From: a virus
Lineage: Duplodnaviria > Caudoviricetes
IMG/VR virus record: IMGVR_UViG_3300012940_000046
Location: 1 to 44,317 of that record
Length of the DNA: 44,317 nucleotides
Strand: one strand, 5' to 3'
A program made the position numbers and the translations under genes. This document shows, piece by piece, positions 1 to 9,060 of the stretch. Position 1 is the first letter of the stretch. Each line of letters starts with the position of its first letter. The notes beneath the pieces were generated by a model. It worked only from the letters and a program-made list of their open reading frames with translations. It searched no databases and had not been told where the DNA came from.

Positions 1-111
1 ATTCGTGTTAGCTCTTGCTTTAACGGCGGTCACAGCATCGAGAGCCGGCGCTACAATGAGGCGCTGTTTGCCCTTAAGGTGAAGCTAGAGCGCGCCGAGG
101 CGGCGCAGTAG
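1..111 (+). CDS. Partial hypothetical protein (C-terminus IRVSSCFNGGHSIESRRYNEALFALKVKLERAEAAQ)
   Basis: Open frame 1 from the window edge to TAG at 109-111, followed at once by the shared leader motif. Confidence 0.55.
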   Translation: MRVSSCFNGGHSIESRRYNEALFALKVKLERAEAAQ

Positions 112-125
112 AAAAGGCCCGAGCC

Positions 126-545
126 ATGGATATAGAGCTAACCGTTGGGTGCTGCCTCTGCTCAAACAAGAGCAAGCACACGGTTTCCCTGCCAGATGGC
201 TGGGAGCATCGCTACGGATCAGTTGACGACGAAGCTCATGGCTTCTGCCCAAATCACGCGGACGTTGCGGAATTTGCTGATAGCCAGTGTCCCGGCTGCG
301 TAGGTGGATGGGGCGACTGCGAGTTGTGGCGCGACTTCGCGTATAGTGGGCGCCGCAAGCTCACGCCAGCTGACTTTGTAACGATAGAGCGCGGCGTCTG
401 CCCGCGGCGGACAAACGGCACGTTCGGCGTGTCGGCTAGCGGCGTCGAACAACTCGACTTGAGCACGAAAGCCACAACCAAGTCTGGCCTGTCTCTGGCG
501 ACCGCGATACGAGACTATTGGGCGGCATATCCAGAACGCACTTAG
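126..545 (+). CDS. Hypothetical Cys-rich protein
   Basis: 139-aa ORF with CxxC and CPxH motifs, preceded by the AGAAAAGGCCCGAGC leader. Confidence 0.75.
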   Translation: MDIELTVGCCLCSNKSKHTVSLPDGWEHRYGSVDDEAHGFCPNHADVAEFADSQCPGCVGGWGDCELWRDFAYSGRRKLTPADFVTIERGVCPRRTNGTFGVSASGVEQLDLSTKATTKSGLSLATAIRDYWAAYPERT

Positions 546-569
546 GGAATTCCAGAAAGGGCCCGAGCT

Positions 570-923
570 ATGAGCATCGACCGCCGCAGACGCACAGAAG
601 CCGAGCTAGAGCAGCACCCATATTGGGTGAGCTGGTACTGCCCCGAAGACATGATGGGCAAATTCGAGCTTCATTCGCCTTGGTGGATCAGCGGCGAGAC
701 AATGGACGAGCCGATGTCATTCACCATCTGCGCCGCTGTGATGGCGACGAGCGAGGATCAGGCGAAGCTCAAGGTGATTATGTCTCACGACGCGCCTTAC
801 GTCAGCCGCGCCAGTACGGAGACGGTGTGGCGATTTGCGAGCCTCAAACCCGACGACTGGTCACCCTTCACGGATCGCTTTCCGAAAGCCGATTGGATGC
901 AATGGCCGCAGGCTGCGGCGTAG
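570..923 (+). CDS. Hypothetical Trp-rich phage protein
   Basis: 117-aa ORF preceded by the AGAAAGGGCCCGAGC leader. Confidence 0.75.
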   Translation: MSIDRRRRTEAELEQHPYWVSWYCPEDMMGKFELHSPWWISGETMDEPMSFTICAAVMATSEDQAKLKVIMSHDAPYVSRASTETVWRFASLKPDDWSPFTDRFPKADWMQWPQAAA

Positions 924-942
924 TCAAGGAAACCCCGGGACC

Positions 943-1194
943 ATGGCTGTTGTTACGGACGACATTATCTGGAACGCGAGCATCAAGGCTTTCCGGCAGG
1001 ACATTGAGGGTCGCCGCGACCGCGCGATAACGAGCCTCAACGGCCTCCAAAACAAGGACGGCCTCTACGCCTCCGAGCACCGGAAGCTCTGCCGTCTTTA
1101 CGGCGACGTTCTCGACGTGATCGAAAAGCACGAGAGGCGAAGCGGAACGCCGCCCGCGCCACCCAATACGCCCAGCGTGAAGGGTGGGAACTGA
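943..1194 (+). CDS. Hypothetical protein (MAVVTDD...)
   Basis: ATG at 943 with AAGGA upstream; tiles between its neighbours. Confidence 0.65.
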   Translation: MAVVTDDIIWNASIKAFRQDIEGRRDRAITSLNGLQNKDGLYASEHRKLCRLYGDVLDVIEKHERRSGTPPAPPNTPSVKGGN

Positions 1195-1217
1195 AACTCT
1201 AGAAAAGGCCGGTCTAG

Positions 1218-1427
1218 ATGGCGCAAGCATTCGCCTTCAGCCCCGAGACCTACGCGCGCCTAAGAGCGCGCCGCATTGCGGCGACCCTGGCCGATGCAAC
1301 CGCTTGCGTCGTGCGCGCATTCCAGCTCTGCGAAACAGACGCCGAGCGCCGCGACGTGAAGTCCGTTTGGACGCGTTGCCTGTCCGTGCAATCGAAGTTT
1401 GAAACCATAGGCGCCGAATCAGTCTAG
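1218..1427 (+). CDS. Hypothetical protein
   Basis: 69-aa ORF with the AGAAAAGGCCGG leader. Confidence 0.65.
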   Translation: MAQAFAFSPETYARLRARRIAATLADATACVVRAFQLCETDAERRDVKSVWTRCLSVQSKFETIGAESV

Positions 1428-1454
1428 CGTGCGGCCCCAATAGAGGGTGCACCA

Positions 1455-1571
1455 ATGAAGACGATAACCGCCATGCTCGTAGCGCTCGCGCTTCTGTCCT
1501 CGTTCAAGCCGACGCTCCACAACCCCGCGAACGGCTTTGCTGACGGGTTCGCCGCCGGCCTAGCCGAGTAA
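1455..1571 (+). CDS. Small signal-peptide-like protein (MKTITAMLVALALLSS..., 38 aa)
   Basis: GAGGG RBS, ATG, hydrophobic N-terminus; below the ORF-track length cutoff. Confidence 0.5.
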   Translation: MKTITAMLVALALLSSFKPTLHNPANGFADGFAAGLAE

Positions 1572-2627
1572 TTCAATCTCTGTACGCCCGCCCGACGTAT
1601 CGAGCGCAATCGCGCCCGCGTCGTGAAGCGCTGTGAGCTGCCGGTTTACAGCCGCGCCGGATACGCCGAGCGCCTGGCCGATCGCCCGTTGCGCGCCATA
1701 GACCTTCCGGCCGGACACAGCAACGCCGGGCGCCGTCTGTTTGCCCGCCACAAGCTCACTGAGAAACGCGAACACATCGCCCGAGCCCTTTGCCGCTCGA
1801 GGGCGGCGGGCCGGCGCCGGGCGGCCGGTATCGGGCGGCCTCGCTCGGTTCTCGGGCGGCTTAACAACCGGCTTGCTTATACTACCATGCAGCGCGGCAA
1901 AGCTCATTGCAGGTGCAACGATTTCGAAAAATAAAAAGATCAGTACACTGATTATCAGGGCAACAAAATCGCCGAGCCCTTCCCAGCCGATCCGGCTCCC
2001 GAGCTTCGATAGGATCGAAGCTTGCGCGTCGTCTGCGGCAGTCGGCTTATTCAGCGTTGTCAAATAAGATTCCAGTTTCGCCAGAACCGAAGCCCGGCGA
2101 TCACGCTCGGCGATGCGCGCGATAAGCGTCTCCGCAGCAACAACAGCCTTACAGGCGTCCGTGTGCGCGCGGCTCTTCGGGCAATTACCCGCTTCGGTTT
2201 TCGCCACCCTAAGCGCTAGCTCCGCCTCAGTGGCGGAGCCCTTAGCGTCGGAATATTCCTCAAGCGCAGTCTTCGCGGCGTTCCGCTTGCTTTCCGCATC
2301 CTTATAATCTGACGCCTCTTGGACAACCGCGCCCGACTTCGCGCCGTAAGTCATTTCGATGTATCCGCCCGTCCCGAGCGCGTCGAAGCACAGCGCGGCG
2401 CCAAACCCCAGCCAAAGCGCGATCTGCACAGCGATATGGCCGCGCATCATTGCGGCGGCGGAAGGCGCCACAAGCTTAATTGCCATCGAGCAAACGGCCA
2501 GGGCGACGAACACCGTAGCTTCTGCGCTGTCACGCCCGTAGGTCGCATAAAATGTTGTCGTCATGTAGAGGGCGATAAGCGACAGGGAGACGGCGATCAC
2601 GCCACAAATAACGCGCTTCAAATTCAT
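1560..2627 (-). CDS. Membrane protein with coiled coil and C-terminal winged HTH
   Basis: Three N-terminal TM helices, Ala/Glu/Lys coiled coil, a further TM helix, Pro/Arg linker, then QRAIGQALGVSGAAVNRQLTALHDAGAI HTH. Confidence 0.8.
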   Translation of the reverse strand: MNLKRVICGVIAVSLSLIALYMTTTFYATYGRDSAEATVFVALAVCSMAIKLVAPSAAAMMRGHIAVQIALWLGFGAALCFDALGTGGYIEMTYGAKSGAVVQEASDYKDAESKRNAAKTALEEYSDAKGSATEAELALRVAKTEAGNCPKSRAHTDACKAVVAAETLIARIAERDRRASVLAKLESYLTTLNKPTAADDAQASILSKLGSRIGWEGLGDFVALIISVLIFLFFEIVAPAMSFAALHGSISKPVVKPPENRARPPDTGRPAPARRPRAAKGSGDVFAFLSELVAGKQTAPGVAVSGRKVYGAQRAIGQALGVSGAAVNRQLTALHDAGAIALDTSGGRTEIELLG

Positions 2628-2981
2628 TTAAGCAACCTTCACACAGAGGACAGAACGCAAGTGGGATTCGATTTTATCGCGAGCGATCGGATTTAAGCCG
2701 GGGCACGTCGCGAGGGCGGCGGCCACGCGATCCATCGTCAGCCCGCCCCCGTGGCCGTACAGCTCATGCGCGAGCACTTCAGAAGTGCGGTAGCGAATGG
2801 CGCCGCCGGGGAGCTTGACGAATGCCGGGCCGGTGCCGAGCCGGCGCATATTGTGGACGCTTTGCGGGTGGTAGCGCCAATGGCGCGCGAGCTCTTCCGT
2901 CGTAATGAATTGCGCCTCGAGCAAATCGAGGACAGGACGGAACGCAGACTGAACCGATAAATTGTGCGGGGCTGCGAGCAT
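2628..2981 (-). CDS. AlpA/excisionase-like HTH protein
   Basis: ITTEELARHWRYHPQSVHNMRRLGTGPAFVKLPGGAIRY matches the HTH_17/Xis pattern. Confidence 0.75.
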   Translation of the reverse strand: MLAAPHNLSVQSAFRPVLDLLEAQFITTEELARHWRYHPQSVHNMRRLGTGPAFVKLPGGAIRYRTSEVLAHELYGHGGGLTMDRVAAALATCPGLNPIARDKIESHLRSVLCVKVA

Positions 2982-2994
2982 CTGAGCACCGTGT

Positions 2995-3011
2995 GCATAT
3001 AATTTCTATGC
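2995..3011. promoter_or_regulatory. Operator copy GCATATAATTTCTATGC
   Basis: 17-bp GCA-N11-TGC pseudo-palindrome just downstream of a minus-strand TTGACG promoter-like element. Confidence 0.75.
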
Positions 3012-3039
3012 ACACGATTAGAGTTAAAATGTGCAGCCG

Positions 3040-3273
3040 TCAAGCCCCCGGCAGCAAGACGACGTTTGACATATCGACGACGCGCATGCACTCCGCGATC
3101 AGCTCGTCACCGTTCACACACCGCGGCTTCTTTCCGGTCACGAGCTGAACAAACTCGCAACCGGCGTCTACGTGGTAAAATTCCAAGTCAAAATCGCCCA
3201 TCGTGGCGCGGGCAATGGCTTCGTTTGCGTGCCACTGCGCAACCTTGATTTGTCTCAGCTCGTCCGCGGTCAT
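3040..3273 (-). CDS. Hypothetical protein (MTADELRQ...)
   Basis: ATGA overlap with the upstream mini-gene; GAGG RBS. Confidence 0.65.
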   Translation of the reverse strand: MTADELRQIKVAQWHANEAIARATMGDFDLEFYHVDAGCEFVQLVTGKKPRCVNGDELIAECMRVVDMSNVVLLPGA

Positions 3274-3347
3274 AGCGAAAGCGCCCTCAATAGCCCGAGC
3301 ACCGGCACGGCGGCGAGTAGGGCGTAATAGACGAGCTCCCAAGTCAT
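3270..3347 (-). CDS. 25-aa single-TM peptide MTWELVYYALLAAVPVLGLLRALSL
   Basis: Fills the gap exactly, with ATGA overlaps at both ends. Confidence 0.55.
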   Translation of the reverse strand: MTWELVYYALLAAVPVLGLLRALSL

Positions 3348-3592
3348 GCCGCGGTCCTCGCCTGTTTGATGCCCCGCCAATGCAGCTCGGCGATTTCGTC
3401 GGCGTGCGCGTCCGTCACGAGCGCGTGTGCTCGATCCGGCAGCCCGCGAAAGACGTAGCGCCCATACCGGGAGACAACATCCTTTGCATAAACCTCGGCA
3501 ACGGCTTGCAGTAAGCCGCGGGCCTCAAGCTTTGCTCTTACGTCGCGGAAGATTTCGAGCCCTTTCCGCTGGCTCACGATTGGATTTTGCAT
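3344..3592 (-). CDS. Hypothetical protein
   Basis: ORF starting immediately after operator copy 3593-3609. Confidence 0.65.
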   Translation of the reverse strand: MQNPIVSQRKGLEIFRDVRAKLEARGLLQAVAEVYAKDVVSRYGRYVFRGLPDRAHALVTDAHADEIAELHWRGIKQARTAA

Positions 3593-3609
3593 GCACACAA
3601 TTTATATGC
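3593..3609. promoter_or_regulatory. Operator copy GCACACAATTTATATGC
   Basis: Matches the 17-bp consensus; intergenic. Confidence 0.75.
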
Positions 3610-3627
3610 GCGCAAGTTGAAGACGAG

Positions 3628-5559
3628 TTAATGCGCAGCAAAATCAGCAGCTTCAAGCCACATTATTTTCGTGCCGTGGATCGTCTCAACGCGAAGCTCG
3701 TTCGGGGCTTTCTCAAATGCCCGATCCCACGCTTTACGGATCGTGTTCGGCTGACCTTCGTAGGTCGAATAGAACGCCTCGCGCACGGCGAGCACCGGAG
3801 CTGCCTGCAGGATTTCACCCGTGCGCGGATGCGCAAACCTATCGCGATGCTCGGCGGCGACGCGGCTTAGCGCCTCGCGCATGATCCGCACCGGCTTTGG
3901 CTCGGGCTTCGGCTTGGCGCGTTTCTCGCCTTCCGCCGCGATCGTCGGCGCGGACTTCTGCACAACGCACGTCGTCACCGGCACGTCTTCGTCATCGCGG
4001 CCTAACGTGACCTGCTTAAGCTTGAAGTCGAAGAGCGGCCCTCGCACGTCATCCTTAATCTTCTCGGCAAAAACCTGACCGTCTTCGACACGCAATGTCA
4101 GATCGTCTGCGGCGCCTTGCGCCGTGCTGCCGCGATAAGTGCCAGTCTTGCCGGCGTGATGCACCACGAGCACAAAGGCTCGCGTGTGCTCAATCAGATA
4201 GCCCACGCGCTTTTCTGCAAACACGGACATATCGCTAGCGCTGTTTTCGTCATCGCCCGCCGTGGCCCTGGCCTTCGTGTCGATCACGATGACGCACGTC
4301 TCCGCTCCGACGCGCTCTCTCAGCAGCAACGCTTGTTCCGCAATCAGCTTCGCGCCCGCTGCGCCATCTTCGTTTTTGGCCAGGGATACGTGTGGCACGT
4401 CTAGCCGCGCGAAGTAATCACCCGCGTCCCCGAATTGCTCAACCGCCGCCAGCATTCGTTTTTCGAAGCCCAACACGCCCTCGAGCGCGACATACAAAAC
4501 CGGAGTGCGTTTCACCTTCCGCCCGAGATAGGGCAGGCCGTGCGCGATATGAAACCCGAAATCCAAGGCTATAAACGACTTGCCGCCGCCGGAAGCACCG
4601 TAGATCGTCCCGCTTTCCCGCGGCCCGGCTACCCCCTTGACGATGGCGTTAGACTGCCGAGCAATAATCGCATCAAGCGACAAGTCGCGGCCAAACTGAA
4701 GCATCGGCGTCCGCGCCGGCCGTATCGGCTCCGGCTCGGGGAGCGTTGCCGGCTCAAAGCCCGCCGTGGGATTGTCGCGCCCGATTGCCGATTGCCGGTT
4801 GCGGCCGGCGCTTTCGACGATCTGCGCTAAGTCTTCCGACTCCCAAGGCGGTTCACATCGCTCGTTCCAAACATCGAGCATCAAATCGAGCGCAGTTTCC
4901 GGCGACACGCCGCGATCGAGCACCGCGCACGCCACGCGATACGTCGTGTTATTTCCGCCTTCAAACTCAACGGCGATCGGCGCCGCGCTGGCGAGCCAAG
5001 CCCTAGCCGATTCAAGCGCCACCGTCGTGTCGAGTTCGCCGACGACTTGCGCGGCGTTGTGATCCTTCTCGGCGAGCATCTGCAGCCGCTCGAGCAACCA
5101 AGCCGGCGGCGCGGCAATCGGAGCGTCGCTTTCGACCGCGTACAGCTTCCCGCCGACTTCGCTCCCCGGCCCGACGACATAGCCGTTTGTCGCCCGAACG
5201 TTGATGCCTTGCGCAAGATCACGCTGGCCGTATTGCTTCCCCTCGGCGCGAAAGTAGATATGCAGCCCGCCGCTTGGCGTGCGAACGCGAAACGTCTCGG
5301 GAATAGGGGGCATATCGGCCAGGGCGTCGAAGCCGTCAACCTTGCCGTGGCAGTCCACATCGAGAACAATCAAGTTGTTAGTGCGCACCGCGATATTGTA
5401 GTCGCCACGGCTGAAGCGATCGAAGACTTCGACAAGATCGCTTGTCGCGTCGGCGCCCGCCCAATCTGTGTCTATGAAATGATTCTTCGTGCCGCGCTTG
5501 AGGCGGAAAATCTGTAGCTCACGCTGGGCAAGCTTTGCGGCGGCACGGAAAGATGACAT
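3628..5559 (-). CDS. Bifunctional Prim-Pol primase with AAA_25 (RepA-like) helicase
   Basis: VLDVD and TPSGGLHIYF Prim-Pol motifs, PriCT-like region, Walker A GASGGGKS, VIVIDT and VHHAGK. Confidence 0.92.
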   Translation of the reverse strand: MSSFRAAAKLAQRELQIFRLKRGTKNHFIDTDWAGADATSDLVEVFDRFSRGDYNIAVRTNNLIVLDVDCHGKVDGFDALADMPPIPETFRVRTPSGGLHIYFRAEGKQYGQRDLAQGINVRATNGYVVGPGSEVGGKLYAVESDAPIAAPPAWLLERLQMLAEKDHNAAQVVGELDTTVALESARAWLASAAPIAVEFEGGNNTTYRVACAVLDRGVSPETALDLMLDVWNERCEPPWESEDLAQIVESAGRNRQSAIGRDNPTAGFEPATLPEPEPIRPARTPMLQFGRDLSLDAIIARQSNAIVKGVAGPRESGTIYGASGGGKSFIALDFGFHIAHGLPYLGRKVKRTPVLYVALEGVLGFEKRMLAAVEQFGDAGDYFARLDVPHVSLAKNEDGAAGAKLIAEQALLLRERVGAETCVIVIDTKARATAGDDENSASDMSVFAEKRVGYLIEHTRAFVLVVHHAGKTGTYRGSTAQGAADDLTLRVEDGQVFAEKIKDDVRGPLFDFKLKQVTLGRDDEDVPVTTCVVQKSAPTIAAEGEKRAKPKPEPKPVRIMREALSRVAAEHRDRFAHPRTGEILQAAPVLAVREAFYSTYEGQPNTIRKAWDRAFEKAPNELRVETIHGTKIMWLEAADFAAH

Positions 5560-5565
5560 TGCAAC

Positions 5566-5862
5566 CTAGAAATTTGAAGGCGAGTTAGATTGCCCGCCTT
5601 GGCGCTGGGCAGCAATTTTTGCGGCGGCAAGGTCAGCAGTCGTCACAATTCTCGGGGCGGCGTAGGGCTGCGGCGCGTAATGCTGCGGGCACCCGTCACA
5701 GTCCGAAGTCACGATCTGGCCTAGCGTGTCTACGAACTTGAAGCGACCGCCGCGCTTACCCTTGGCAACGCGCATCGGACGGACAATGCGGCAAAGCCCG
5801 AGCTTTCCCCCGAGCGCCTTCCAATGACGACAGTGCTTGCACAGACCGGGCGCGCATTTCAT
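5566..5862 (-). CDS. Hypothetical Cys-rich protein (CKHCRHW)
   Basis: ATGA overlap with the cold-shock gene. Confidence 0.65.
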   Translation of the reverse strand: MKCAPGLCKHCRHWKALGGKLGLCRIVRPMRVAKGKRGGRFKFVDTLGQIVTSDCDGCPQHYAPQPYAAPRIVTTADLAAAKIAAQRQGGQSNSPSNF

Positions 5863-6194
5863 TGGTGGCACCTTTCCTTCACACGAAGCAGCGCCGCGGC
5901 GCGGCACATCAGCCGAGCATCTTCGCGGCATTCTTCGTTGCCCGTATCGTTGAGTTCGATCGCGCGCCGCGCCAGCGCGTCGTAAGTCTCGTCAAGGTCG
6001 GGCTCGTCTGCGAACATGACGGCGACGCGCTCGCCTCGCGCTTCGAAGCGCACCGGCTGTCCGGCATGGATCGCGACAAAGCCCGCGGCGTGCGCGTGCG
6101 TCCCGAGAAACAGCACGTCACCGCCCCCGTCATCCGGGATAATGAAGCCGTATTTTTGCGGGGTGTTGTACCACTTGATTTTGCCGGTGCGCAT
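5859..6194 (-). CDS. Cold-shock domain protein with C-terminal extension
   Basis: MRTGKIKWYNTPQKYGFIIPDDGGGDVLF carries the CSD RNP1 motif. Confidence 0.85.
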   Translation of the reverse strand: MRTGKIKWYNTPQKYGFIIPDDGGGDVLFLGTHAHAAGFVAIHAGQPVRFEARGERVAVMFADEPDLDETYDALARRAIELNDTGNEECREDARLMCRAAALLRVKERCHQ

Positions 6195-6199
6195 GGTGC

Positions 6200-6826
6200 T
6201 TAGCGTCCCCGCTTAGTCGCTGACTTGATGCCGAGCTGCCGCTTCAACTGCCGATAGCGCCGCATAAACAGCATGGCCGCGGCGCTCGCTGACTGAGCTT
6301 TCAGCTTCGTCGGATGAGGGGCGTGGAGCAAATTCCAGTCGTGGCGTTTCGCCATTACGTCCCGGTATTCCGTTGCGAGCGCGACTAGATCGGCGCGCTT
6401 GATGGCTTCCGCCTCGAAGCTTGACTTCGGCGGCTCCAGGCCGAACAGCGGATACATGACAGCATCGGCATCCGCCTCGAGCTTTTCCAGAACGTGCCCG
6501 GCGCCCGCCGCGCGAATCTGTAACTTCAGGGGAGTGCTGATATCGCCGATAATTGCTTCGTGTGCGTCATGCGCGAGCCCGAGCATGGCCAGGCGCGGAT
6601 CAAAATCGAGCAGCTTGGATACAAAAACGGAATGTTGCGCGACTGAGTAGGGGAACCGCGAATGCCCCGTGTACCGATTGATTTGAGACAGCGCGAGCGC
6701 CACGTAATCAACCGTAAATCCTGACAGGTCGTGCGGCCCCTCCCCGAATACATAGGCGCCGCCGTTCGCGAGCTGCATCCACGGCACTGTGGGCTTGTAC
6801 GGCGTTTCAATGTGTTTCTTTCTCAT
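6200..6826 (-). CDS. HD-domain phosphohydrolase (YfbR/5'-deoxynucleotidase-like)
   Basis: RYTGH, YSVAQHS, HDAHEAIIGDI and AD motifs; ATGA overlap with polA. Confidence 0.88.
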   Translation of the reverse strand: MRKKHIETPYKPTVPWMQLANGGAYVFGEGPHDLSGFTVDYVALALSQINRYTGHSRFPYSVAQHSVFVSKLLDFDPRLAMLGLAHDAHEAIIGDISTPLKLQIRAAGAGHVLEKLEADADAVMYPLFGLEPPKSSFEAEAIKRADLVALATEYRDVMAKRHDWNLLHAPHPTKLKAQSASAAAMLFMRRYRQLKRQLGIKSATKRGR

Positions 6827-9060
6827 TTGCGATATCGCTTTGCCTCGTAGCCGGCCGCCGCAATCGGCAAGCCTTCGGCCCATTGTTTTTGTGCACACAT
6901 TTTAGATGCGAAATCGCTAACAGAACCGAAATCCTCCGGCACTTCGCAAAGGATTTCATCGTGCACATGCATGACGATCGGATAGCCAGCAGCTTCTAGC
7001 TGCGGCATCACGTAGGCGAGGCAGTCGCGCGCCGTCGCTTGAGTCACGTTCTCCGCGAGCAAGCCCCCATAGGCGCGCTGTTGCTTCCACTTTTTCGAGC
7101 TGCCGGCGCGCGATGACACACCCCAATAGGTGAGGCTGCTTTGCCATTCGATGTTTGCTTCGTGCGTGATCAGCTCAACGTTTATCCGGTGAATTTCCTC
7201 GGCGGCGCTGGGGTCGCCGCCCACGTCGCGCTCTGCCGCCAAACCTAGCGCGTGCTTAAGCGCGTCACGCTTCGCTTCCCACGTCATCGACGGAAACTTT
7301 TTCATCGCCGCGTAGGGGTAGGAAATACAACGCCCGCTCGGCAGCTTGCACTTGAGAAAGTCACCCTCTTTGCGATAGCGAATCATTCCAACGCGCGTCA
7401 CGCGCCCCGGATATTCCGTCGCTTCGATGGCCGCGGCCTCTAGCGCTTTCCAGAACGCGACGACGTTCGGGTGAGCGGCGCGCCACGCATCGACAACGAT
7501 TCGCAGGCCGCACCACACGTCCGGCTCGAGCCCGGCGCGAAAGCGCGTCCCGAGCGCCGGAAGCCGTTTCATTGTCGCTTCCCAATCGGCGTCAGATGTG
7601 ATTGCCCGCGTCGCCCGCGACACGTCATCCGGCACTAGACCGTAATTCGCGCCCATCGAGATAAACGAGCCGATGCCGCCCGAGTAGCCAAGCGCGAGCT
7701 CCATAACCTTGCCGATCTGACGGCGCGCGTCGTCAACATCTTCGATGCGCAATCCGAGCGCCCGCGCCACGGCGAGAATATAAAGGTCCGTGCCGTTACC
7801 CGTATCGAACTGGCGGAAGGCTTCGACCTTCCACTCTTCGCCGGCCAGCCACGCGAGCACGCGCCCTTCAATGTTGCTGAAGTCAGCCGCAATCAGCTTG
7901 TGCCCTGGCCGTGCGCATATAAATGAGCGCAGTGCCCACGACATTGCATCCATTGCACTGCCGTATTCGAAGCGGATTGCCTTGGCCGCGCTCGGGTAGC
8001 GCAGCCAGTCGATAGCGTCCGCGGCGTGTTGCGGCTTAAAGTGCTTCGCCGGCCGCGGCATGTTCTGCGTTTGAATTCTGCGCCCGGCCCAACGTCCGGT
8101 TGCCGCGCCGTGGAACTGAAACAAGCCGCGCGCCCTGCCATCGGCGCACGCGCTCTTCACCATTGCGTTGAGCTTCGTCGTGCTGACCTTCGCCGCCTCG
8201 CGGCGCATTTCGAGCACTTCTTTCGCGAGCGTGCCGTTTAGCTTCGGATCGGCCAGGGCTCGGGCGACTTCGGCTTTGGTGAGCGATGCGAGTTCTACGC
8301 CCTCGCTCTGCAGCCAGGCTAGCAGGGCGTCGCGCTGTGTGGCGGTCGTCGCTTCGTTCGTCTTTTTGAACACGCGCGCCGACAGCTCGGCTTTCTCTTC
8401 CGTCAACAGCGCGAGCGCACGGCGCACGTTCGCCATATCGAGCTGAACGCCGCGATTGTTTATGAGCTGGTCTAGCTCCCAAATCTCGCGCTCTTCCGGT
8501 GTCAGCGGCGGCAAAGTCAGATGCAATTGCTCGCCGGCATCGCAGTCGATCGGGCAATAGTTATACAGCTTGGCGTAGTCGTCGGGTGCCGTCTCAGGCG
8601 ACCACCACGTCAGTGGATCGCGCTTGCGCGGGCGCGCGAGCTTGAGCATCGCACGATAGCCGTCTTGATCTTTGCGGATAGGAAGCCGCAGCGCTTCGCA
8701 GCAGGCATCAAGAGCACCCGGGAGCGACAGCGCTCGAGCGCGGGGCATCGTGTCGTCAATCTGCTTAATCGTCAGCTCCGGCCAATTGCCGTAGCCGCGA
8801 AGCCGCAGAACAAGGCGCCATATCCAGTATTCAAACGCGCCGTTATGGACGATCACGGGGCGGCCGGCGGCAACGTGGTCGATAAGCTCCGCAGGCTCGC
8901 GCTCGCCGGCCTTCCAAAGCTGCGAAGGGCGGTGCGGGAATTTATAGCCTAAGCAGTGGATGCCGGTCGTGGCGTCCTCGGCGTACTTCTCCGCTCCGGC
9001 GGTTTTGATTTCGCAGGCGCTGAAGGTCTCGAAGTCGGCGACGACGTAATCATGCGGCAT
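6823..9060 (-). CDS. polA: Family A DNA polymerase with 3'-5' exonuclease
   Basis: ADFET and HNGAFE exonuclease motifs; TGRWAG, ADFSNIEGR (motif A), RQIGKVMELALGY (motif B), HVHDE (motif C). Confidence 0.95.
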   Translation of the reverse strand: MPHDYVVADFETFSACEIKTAGAEKYAEDATTGIHCLGYKFPHRPSQLWKAGEREPAELIDHVAAGRPVIVHNGAFEYWIWRLVLRLRGYGNWPELTIKQIDDTMPRARALSLPGALDACCEALRLPIRKDQDGYRAMLKLARPRKRDPLTWWSPETAPDDYAKLYNYCPIDCDAGEQLHLTLPPLTPEEREIWELDQLINNRGVQLDMANVRRALALLTEEKAELSARVFKKTNEATTATQRDALLAWLQSEGVELASLTKAEVARALADPKLNGTLAKEVLEMRREAAKVSTTKLNAMVKSACADGRARGLFQFHGAATGRWAGRRIQTQNMPRPAKHFKPQHAADAIDWLRYPSAAKAIRFEYGSAMDAMSWALRSFICARPGHKLIAADFSNIEGRVLAWLAGEEWKVEAFRQFDTGNGTDLYILAVARALGLRIEDVDDARRQIGKVMELALGYSGGIGSFISMGANYGLVPDDVSRATRAITSDADWEATMKRLPALGTRFRAGLEPDVWCGLRIVVDAWRAAHPNVVAFWKALEAAAIEATEYPGRVTRVGMIRYRKEGDFLKCKLPSGRCISYPYAAMKKFPSMTWEAKRDALKHALGLAAERDVGGDPSAAEEIHRINVELITHEANIEWQSSLTYWGVSSRAGSSKKWKQQRAYGGLLAENVTQATARDCLAYVMPQLEAAGYPIVMHVHDEILCEVPEDFGSVSDFASKMCAQKQWAEGLPIAAAGYEAKRYRK
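6893..6909. promoter_or_regulatory. Operator copy GCACACATTTTAGATGC inside the polA 3' end
   Basis: Matches the consensus; AT-rich island in a GC-rich CDS, about 65 nt upstream of the HD gene. Confidence 0.6.

Larger units (their letters stand above)
110..1215 (+). repeat. Shared intergenic leader AGAAARGGCCSG at 110, 554 and 1201
   Basis: AGAAAAGGCCCGAGC, AGAAAGGGCCCGAGC and AGAAAAGGCCGGTCT each lie 1-2 nt before an ATG. Confidence 0.7.

Noticed and set aside
6200-9060. Z-genome (DatZ/DpoZ) system from HD hydrolase plus PolA
   Set aside because: No purZ-like gene is present in the window.
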